NCBI GenBank assembly: GCA_021775525.1
Contig: JAJFHQ010000097.1
Span: 244-64,243, forward strand
Direction of reading: 5' to 3'
Length of the DNA stretch: 64,000 nt
From: Hyphomicrobiales bacterium
Lineage (GTDB): Bacteria; Pseudomonadota; Alphaproteobacteria; Rhizobiales; Methyloligellaceae
Position 1 is the stretch's first letter. Every line of letters begins with the position of its first letter. Of the stretch, positions 51,779 through 58,800 are shown one piece after another. The notes under the pieces were generated by a model. It was not told where the DNA came from and made no database searches. It saw only the letters and a program-made list of their open reading frames with translations. The translations under genes and the position numbers were made by a program.

Positions 51779-52210
51779 ATGGCGGCCACAATTCTTTGTA
51801 TCGATGACGAGACTCTCCTGCGGGAAGATATCGTCGAGGAACTCGAAGACGAGGGCTACAAGGTACTTCAGGCCAATGATGGGCATGAAGGCTTGAAGCA
51901 GATCCTGTCACACCGGCCCGATCTCGTGATTTGCGATATTACCATGCCACGCAAGAATGGCTATGAGCTTCTGAAAGAAGTACGCGGCGACCACGGGATC
52001 TCGGCAGAGATGCCCTTCATCTTCCTGTCGGCGCTGGCAGACAAGGAGCATGTGGTTGCAGGTTTGAAGCTGGGCGCGGACAACTACATGACAAAGCCGG
52101 TGGATTTCGACGTGTTACGGGTCAAGGTCAAGGCATGCCTGCGCCAGGTTGATCGCATTCGCACAACCGTCATGACCGGGCCGAATTCCGAGATTCTCCT
52201 CGACTGCTAG
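51779..52210 (+). CDS. single-domain response regulator (CheY-like receiver)
   Basis: The start is ATG 51779, preceded by GAGGAG. It reads MAATILCIDDETLLRE...PDLVICDITMPRKNGYELL...FLSALADK...KLGADNYMTKP. It is 143 aa with no output domain. The track ORF start 51635 lies inside the kinase gene. Confidence 0.88.
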   Translation: MAATILCIDDETLLREDIVEELEDEGYKVLQANDGHEGLKQILSHRPDLVICDITMPRKNGYELLKEVRGDHGISAEMPFIFLSALADKEHVVAGLKLGADNYMTKPVDFDVLRVKVKACLRQVDRIRTTVMTGPNSEILLDC

Positions 52211-52224
52211 GTCACTACGCTGGG

Positions 52225-53064
52225 TTAATGCGGTGGATGCGTGGCCGCACCGCCCGCTTGACCCAGCACTTCGACTTGCTCGGGATGACTCGCCTTGATG
52301 ACGGGTCCATTCCAGCGCTCTATCCAGCCGCGCACACGGACCTTCTTTCCTTCAAGGCTCTCAAGGGCAATATCCGAGTCCTTAAAGCTGTGCCGGTCGC
52401 CGGCGCGAATAGCCACGGTGAAATCCTTGCGCCAGTCGGTATCGAAATTCAGGAACGTCCACTGCGATTTCTTCGTCACTGAGAGTATCGTTCCCTCGAC
52501 CAGTTGGAAGCTGCCGCTGCGCTTTGACAGGGCATCAACGTTCACGGCCTTAATCACCGCAAACCGCCCTTTGCGCCAAAGCCCTCGACTGCCGGCGCGG
52601 GCGTCACGTTCCTTTTCCTGCAAGTCACGTGCGCAGGCACGGTGGCCTTTAAACGAGTAGGCCCGAGCAAACCCTTCTGAGATCATGCGCCCCTGTACCC
52701 AGATGCGTTCCTTGCCGCGTTGCACATAGAGCTGCGCCAGGAAGCGCTCATGCCGGTCACGGGGTTCCTCGCCTTTCGCGAAGCGCAACTCGACTTTCTT
52801 CTCCCTGATCAGTTTCTTCAACGCTCTGCGTGCCCGTCTGGCCGGCGGCCAATCTCCTTCCCCCTTCCACCAGCGTGGAGTCTGCGGCGCCAACGCCCCG
52901 ATCAGGCGTATTTCGCTTGCATCAGTGAGACGCAAGGTGTGCCCATCGAGAATTTCGGCAACGCTGGAGCTTTGCAGGTGTTGTGTCTCGCACGTCGCAT
53001 GCGCGCCGCTAAAAACTGCGGGAATGGATGAAAACGCAATTGCGGCCCACAGGGTATGCTTCAC
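52225..53064 (-). CDS. thermonuclease (SNase)-fold family protein, secreted, probably catalytically degenerate
   Basis: It has a signal peptide (VKHTLWAAIAFSSIPAVFSGAHA) and an SNase-like core ILDGHTLRL...IRLIGALAPQ...RDRHERFLAQLY...GLW. The positions I align with SNase Asp21, Asp40 and Glu43 are H, L and Q. The GTG start (53064) overlaps the modC stop (GTGA). Confidence 0.7.
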   Translation of the reverse strand: MKHTLWAAIAFSSIPAVFSGAHATCETQHLQSSSVAEILDGHTLRLTDASEIRLIGALAPQTPRWWKGEGDWPPARRARRALKKLIREKKVELRFAKGEEPRDRHERFLAQLYVQRGKERIWVQGRMISEGFARAYSFKGHRACARDLQEKERDARAGSRGLWRKGRFAVIKAVNVDALSKRSGSFQLVEGTILSVTKKSQWTFLNFDTDWRKDFTVAIRAGDRHSFKDSDIALESLEGKKVRVRGWIERWNGPVIKASHPEQVEVLGQAGGAATHPPH

Positions 53065-54242
53065 ACCAGGTCATCCACTTCATAAGGGGCCATGATGTGG
53101 ATGTCTTCGCTGAGTAATGAAACACCGATATTTTCGCCCGTTGCAAGGGCATTACGCATCGCCGCATGAGATGGAATCGACATGAACAAAGGAAATTCCG
53201 ATTGTCCCCCGACCTTGATTGCGACGCTTTCTATCTCCCCCAACTTCACCATGCTTTCAATAGTGCCATGCACCGGGTTTTCCCGCACGCCACGTGAAGG
53301 CTCACGCCGCCTGTGAAGGATGACACTGCCTGATGGCACCACCCAGTCAACCTTGTCACCGACGGCGAATTCACCATTATATCCGGCCTCGAGCGTGATC
53401 CCCATCCAGTCCAGCACCGTGATATTCTTCGCCGGATTCTGATCCGAAATCCGTGCCTGAAATATATTCTTCAGATCGATTAACCGGGCCACGGCGCGGC
53501 TGGCAGGATGAGACATGATCTCGTAAGGAGCGCCCTCCTGTAATATCCGCCCGCGATGCAGGATGCTCATGCGGTCACTCAGTTGAGCGGCTTCTTCCAG
53601 ATCGTGCGTGACCAGAACAATGGGCATGCGTAACTGACTGCGCAGCTGACCCAGTTCACGGTAGAGCCGCTGGCGGGTGGCCCGGTCGACGGCTGAAAAC
53701 GGCTCATCGAGCAACAGGACTTCCGGGTCGCGGGCAAGCGCCCGGGCCACGGCGACGCGTTGCTGCTGCCCACCGGAAAGTTGTGACGGGTAGCGGTGTT
53801 CAAGACCTCCAAGCCTGACAAGTTCCAGCAATTCACGGGCACGCGCCTCACGCTCACCCGCGGGCCGCTGCCCCAGCGCCTCAAGGATATTTACGAGTGC
53901 AGTGAGATGGGGAAACAGCGCATAGCTCTGGAACACGTAACCCACACGGCGGTGGCGCGTGGCAATATCGATATTCGATTTCGTGTCGCACCAGATGCTC
54001 CCGTTACAGGAGATATGCCCTTGAGCAATATGGTTCAGCCCGGCAATCGCGCGCAGGATGGTCGACTTACCGCTGCCCGATGGTCCTACCAGGGCCAGCA
54101 CCTCACCAGGCGCGCATGAAATGTGGGCATCAAGCGGGATGGGCGCGTCCTGTGCCAGGTGAACGTTCAAATCCTTTGAAACCTCAACCACGGTGCCGGT
54201 CCGCCTTCGATGTTGCCCGGTTGGCGATGGCGATGGCGACAA
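53061..54242 (-). CDS. modC: molybdate-type ABC transporter ATP-binding protein with C-terminal TOBE-like domain
   Basis: It has a Walker A motif GPSGSGKST, the signature LSGGQQQRVAVARAL and a Walker B motif LLLDEPFSAVD, plus a C-terminal domain of about 130 aa. The track start is TTG 54242, and GTG 54191 (8-nt overlap with modB) is equally plausible. Confidence 0.85.
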   Translation of the reverse strand: MSPSPSPTGQHRRRTGTVVEVSKDLNVHLAQDAPIPLDAHISCAPGEVLALVGPSGSGKSTILRAIAGLNHIAQGHISCNGSIWCDTKSNIDIATRHRRVGYVFQSYALFPHLTALVNILEALGQRPAGEREARARELLELVRLGGLEHRYPSQLSGGQQQRVAVARALARDPEVLLLDEPFSAVDRATRQRLYRELGQLRSQLRMPIVLVTHDLEEAAQLSDRMSILHRGRILQEGAPYEIMSHPASRAVARLIDLKNIFQARISDQNPAKNITVLDWMGITLEAGYNGEFAVGDKVDWVVPSGSVILHRRREPSRGVRENPVHGTIESMVKLGEIESVAIKVGGQSEFPLFMSIPSHAAMRNALATGENIGVSLLSEDIHIMAPYEVDDLV

Positions 54243-54852
54243 GCGAAATCACCAAAAGTAAGGCGGACATGGCGCCGGCAGCGGAATTATCAAATGCCTG
54301 TACCCGGTCGTAAATCGCGATTGCCGCCGTCCTGGTTTCACCGGGTATGCTGCCCCCCACCATCAGCACCACGCCAAACTCGCCGATGGTGTGGGCGAAC
54401 ACCAGAACGAACGCGGTCATGATGCCCGGCCATGCGAGCGGCAACTCGATCCGCCACAAGATGCGCATTGGGCTCATTCCGCAGCAGGCGGCCGCATCAC
54501 GAAACTCGTATGATATGGACTCAAAGGCACGCTGCATCGGCTGCACGGCGAAGGGCAAGTTAAAGATGATTGATGCGACGAGAAGACCCTCAAATGTGAA
54601 CACAAGCGGGGTACCAAACAACCCCTCATAGAGCTGCCCCAAAGGAGATGCCCGCCCCAGCCCGACGAGAAGATAGTAGCCAAGCACAGTGGGCGGCAGC
54701 ACCAGAGGCAGCGCCAATGCAGCCTCGACAAAGGCTTTGCCCGCATAACGCCGCCAGGCCAGGTGCCTTGCGATGATTACGCTGAGCGGCAAAAGGACGG
54801 CAATGGTCCAGACCGCAAGCTTGACCGAGAGAAGAAACGCCGTCCAATCCAT
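54184..54852 (-). CDS. modB: molybdate ABC transporter permease
   Basis: The start is taken at ATG 54852 (MDWTAFLLSVKLAVW...). It has the ModB-like EAA loop region (FRDAAACCGMSPMRILWRIELPLAWPG). The track ORF extends into modA. Confidence 0.88.
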   Translation of the reverse strand: MDWTAFLLSVKLAVWTIAVLLPLSVIIARHLAWRRYAGKAFVEAALALPLVLPPTVLGYYLLVGLGRASPLGQLYEGLFGTPLVFTFEGLLVASIIFNLPFAVQPMQRAFESISYEFRDAAACCGMSPMRILWRIELPLAWPGIMTAFVLVFAHTIGEFGVVLMVGGSIPGETRTAAIAIYDRVQAFDNSAAGAMSALLLVISLVAIAIANRATSKADRHRG

Positions 54853-54856
54853 TGCG

Positions 54857-55660
54857 CTATCCCTCTTTCGGACGGGCAAAGCCGTGCCGGGAGAAAATCT
54901 CACCAGCTCCACTGCCCTGGAGATATTGATAGAAGGTGCGTGCAACTTCGCCCGCACCCGGTAGCATGACCATACGTTGGCGCAGCGGTTGGTGCCATTG
55001 GTCAGGTACGAGCTTGAAGTTGCCACGCCCGGACAAACCTTCGGACAACGCCAGCGACTGGGCGATCAGCGCCCCCTCGCACGAGCCCGAAACAGCGAAC
55101 TGGGCCGCTTGGGAGACATTCTCCCCAAGCACGAGCTTTGACTTGATGCCATCCCACAACCCTGCATGGTTCAGGACATCGCGCGCGGCACGGCCATAGG
55201 GTGCATGCTCCGGGTTGGCGATGGCGAACCGGTGAATATCACCACGCTGTAGCGCTTTCCCCAGTCCTGACAAGTCCGCGTCAATTTTAAAGCGGGCGTC
55301 ATTGGGCGCGAACACCACCAGCCGACCGAGGGCGTAGAGCGCACCTCCATCCAGGGTGTGTCCATCTTTTTGGAGAGCCGCGACATAATCCTCGTCGGCC
55401 GAGAGAAAGAGTTCAAAGGGAGCGCCTTGGCGGATCTGGCGCGCCAAATTCCCCGAAGATGCAAACGAGAGACGCACACTTGACCCGGTCTCACGGGCAA
55501 AGACATCGGCCGCTTCCCGGAGTGCAAACCTCAGGCTCGCTGCTGCCGCGACAATCGGGCTTCCCTGACTGGAAAATGCACCGCCCACTCCCGCCAATGA
55601 CGCTGCGCCAAGCACGGAGCCCGATACTATGCCGTGGGTGACTTGGCGTCTTGAATACAT
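54857..55660 (-). CDS. modA: molybdate ABC transporter substrate-binding protein
   Basis: The start is taken at ATG 55660 (MYSRRQVTHG...), with a signal peptide containing an RR pair. It has the ModA-like core (VAAAASLRFAL...SFASSGNLARQIRQGAPFELFLSAD). Confidence 0.85.
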   Translation of the reverse strand: MYSRRQVTHGIVSGSVLGAASLAGVGGAFSSQGSPIVAAAASLRFALREAADVFARETGSSVRLSFASSGNLARQIRQGAPFELFLSADEDYVAALQKDGHTLDGGALYALGRLVVFAPNDARFKIDADLSGLGKALQRGDIHRFAIANPEHAPYGRAARDVLNHAGLWDGIKSKLVLGENVSQAAQFAVSGSCEGALIAQSLALSEGLSGRGNFKLVPDQWHQPLRQRMVMLPGAGEVARTFYQYLQGSGAGEIFSRHGFARPKEG

Positions 55661-55888
55661 GGTGCCGCAACGCTCCAACGACTTGTTACGTCTTGGTTAT
55701 AGCCGTAGCTCGGTGCACCTACAACGCAGGAGCCGGAGCAATTTCCATGGGATGACGCAGGCTGCCAATCTGCGGCTTCACACGTAACGCGGGAACATAA
55801 TAGCTTCACAATTCTGTTATTGAATTTGATCTGTTGCGGGTTATCATAAAAGAAATGGTCCCAAGTCAGGCCAAGGAGGAACAGTCTT

Positions 55889-58800
55889 ATGGCTGTTGGC
55901 AGGTGTGGTGACACTGTCGATCTTGCATCAAGCCGTTCCGGGGCTGCCGTGTCCCATAGAATAGTTTTCCTCAATTTCTGCGCCGTATTTTTCTTTTTGG
56001 CTCTCATTACAACTGCTTGGTTTCCTGCCTCGCCCGCAAAGGCGCAGGATGCCAAGCCGGGCGTAGTCGGCCTCGGCGACCTCGTCGTATCCGGCGCTTC
56101 AGGCATACTCCCACCGCCCGCAAATCCACCACTTCCCCCTGGCGTTAACGAACTGGACGAGACGTTTATCAACACCGATGGCGCCTCGCTCAAAGTGTTC
56201 GACGTTCGAAACCCCGGTGGGCCGGCACAGGCACAACTACTCAACGCCCCAACCAAGTTTGAGGCTTTCGCACGCGACATCGGTCAAGTGTTCGGCCTGG
56301 CTCTGGACAAATCCGACCCGCCCAACATTTATGCCGCCAGCACGTCCGTGCATGGCCTGCATATCGTGGTGCCGGACGCCGATAGTGATGGGCGTCCGGA
56401 ACGCATCAAACTAGGCCAACCCGGCGCACAATGGATGAATGGCCAGTTCGGGCTGGCGCGCGGCGGTGGTCCCGGAAGCGTGTGGAAGATCAACGGCGAG
56501 ACCGGCGAGGTTACAAAATTTTCCGACATTTTGAGTGGCGGGGGCCCCAACAGCGGCCCCGGGCTCGGCAACATCGCCTATGACGCAAAACGAAAACAGC
56601 TCTTTGTCAGCGATATGGAAGACGGGCTCATTCATCGTCTCGACATGGCGGGAACGGACCTCGGCAGCTTCGATCATGGTCTTCAGGGTCGTCCGGCAAA
56701 TGGCATGGCAGCAGCGCCAGACGACGCGGTTCGGGCCGACATCACCAGTCCTGCCTTTGATGCTGAAGATTCCGGCAGTTGGGGTTTGACCTCACCAGAC
56801 CGGCGCATCTGGGGTTTGGCCGTTCGCGGCAACCGGCTTTATTACTCCGTCGAGGCTGGTCCGCAAATCTGGTCGATCGGGATCAACCAGGACGGCAATT
56901 TTGGCGGCGACCCGCGCTGGGAGCTGGATGTCCCCTCAGACCCCAACGCATATCCGGTGTCTGATATCGCCTTCCAGGGCAACGGGCGCATGTTGCTGGC
57001 ACAACGTGGCGGCATCGCCTCCCGCTACGATTATTCGCAATATCATACACCGCGCAAGACGAGAGTGCTGCGCTACAAGCTGGAATCTCCCGATGACCCG
57101 GCTACCCCGAGCCGCTGGGCGGCGGAGCCGGAAGATTACGCAATCGGCTTCCCCGGCATTCACCGAAATACCTCCGGCGGTATCGCCATAGGCTACGGCT
57201 ATCGCAAGCAAGCCGATGGCAGCTACGGCCTCGGCTCCTGCGAGGGCACCCTGTGGACCACCGGCGATGCGCTCAGAGACAATCCCATTCATGGGGCCAA
57301 GCTGGCGCAAGGCGGTCCGCTCAACGTCCACGGGTTGCAAGGGAATGCGCTGAGCCTCGTGCGTCCCAAGAACGAACCGCCGTGGTCCAGCTACTATGTG
57401 GATTTTGATGGCCAGTTCGATGACCCGCAGGCGAGCGGCCATGTGGGTGATGTGGAAATTGCGCGCAAGTGCAGAAGCGCGCCGAAACGAGCTGACCTCC
57501 GAATATTGAAAAAGTCCAAGCCGAAGCGGTGCGCCGCGGGAGAACCCTGCACCTACGAAGTCGAAATCAAGAATGTCGGCGCGCTGCCCTACTCCGGACC
57601 ATTGCTCGTCTTTGAGACCGCCGATGGCGGCGCCAAGCTCGTCGGCCACAGCCCGCCGGCCTGGACCTGCAAGGAGCTGTTCCCGGGCAACTACGAATGC
57701 ACCCATCCGCCTGTAACGCTGGCGCCGGGCGAAAAGAGGATCCTTGAGCTCACATTCGAATTGCCCCCGTGGTGGGAGCGCAATGTCTACAGGAACTGCG
57801 CCGATCTCCGCATACCGGGCTTCGACAAGGACCCGGTCCGCTACAACAATCGTTCATGCGAGTACGTCCCCATCTGCAAACCGGGCGATCCCAACTGCAA
57901 GGCCGATCTGCTGCTCGAAAAATTCCCGGTCTATTTCGCCTGCGATGCATTCGGCAATTGCCACTACGTGATCCGCATCACCAATGTCGGCGCGGATGTT
58001 TATTCGGGCCCGCTGCACATTCACGACACCATCACGCAGCCTGCATCAGTGTTTGTCGATTGGGACCTGAAAGCCGAATGGGCCTGCGGACCATTGGGCG
58101 GAAACGTGTTCGATTGTTCCTACAATGGGAATGTTACTTTATCACCGGGTGAATTCCGCGAACTTCACGTCTACACCATTGGCCCGCCGCTTGGATTGGG
58201 TCACACACATGAGCGCAACTGCGCCAGGATCGACTGGAAGGGCAGCCCCGGTGACATGAATCCGTTCAATGAATATGACTGCGCCGAAGTCTCCCTTTTC
58301 CCGCCAGGACATCCTGACGCCAGACCCAAACTCGCAGTGGACAAGAAGGGTACGTCAGGCTGCTTTGAAGGTGCCGGACCGGGTGGCGGCTGGCTTTGCT
58401 GGTATGAAGTCACGGTCAGAAACAGCGGTGGTGCCCCTTACACGGATCCACTTGTGGTTACCGACACGACCGGGATATTTGTTGGCCCTGCAGATTCAAA
58501 CCTGGTGGATCATGGCCCAATCCCCCCCTGGAACTGTGCGCCTGGAAACGGGGTGGCCGGTACGCAAACCTGTACGCACCCGGCGGTGGCCGGCGGGATT
58601 CAACCGGGCGACAGCAGGACACTATATTTGCTCCAGGAGTGGCCCGCGGGTATTGCGAAGCCGAATGCCGTGCAGAACTGCGCCAAGGTTTCTCATGACA
58701 ATGACGGCGATGGTGTCGCGGAAGAGATGGAGGATTGCGTCACTACGATAATCTGCACCCCCGGTGCGGCGGGCGACTGTCCTGACGATTTGGCTGTATC

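Noticed and set aside
55661-55888. Possible Moco riboswitch or ModE operator in the modA / giant-gene divergent promoter region (e.g. inverted TTACGT...ACGTAA pair about 85 nt apart, and a CACCGAGC segment)
   Set aside because: I could not match the Moco RNA consensus or a ModE box from memory with any confidence. The inverted repeat arms are only 6-7 nt and far apart. Running cmscan with the Moco_RNA_motif model would settle it.
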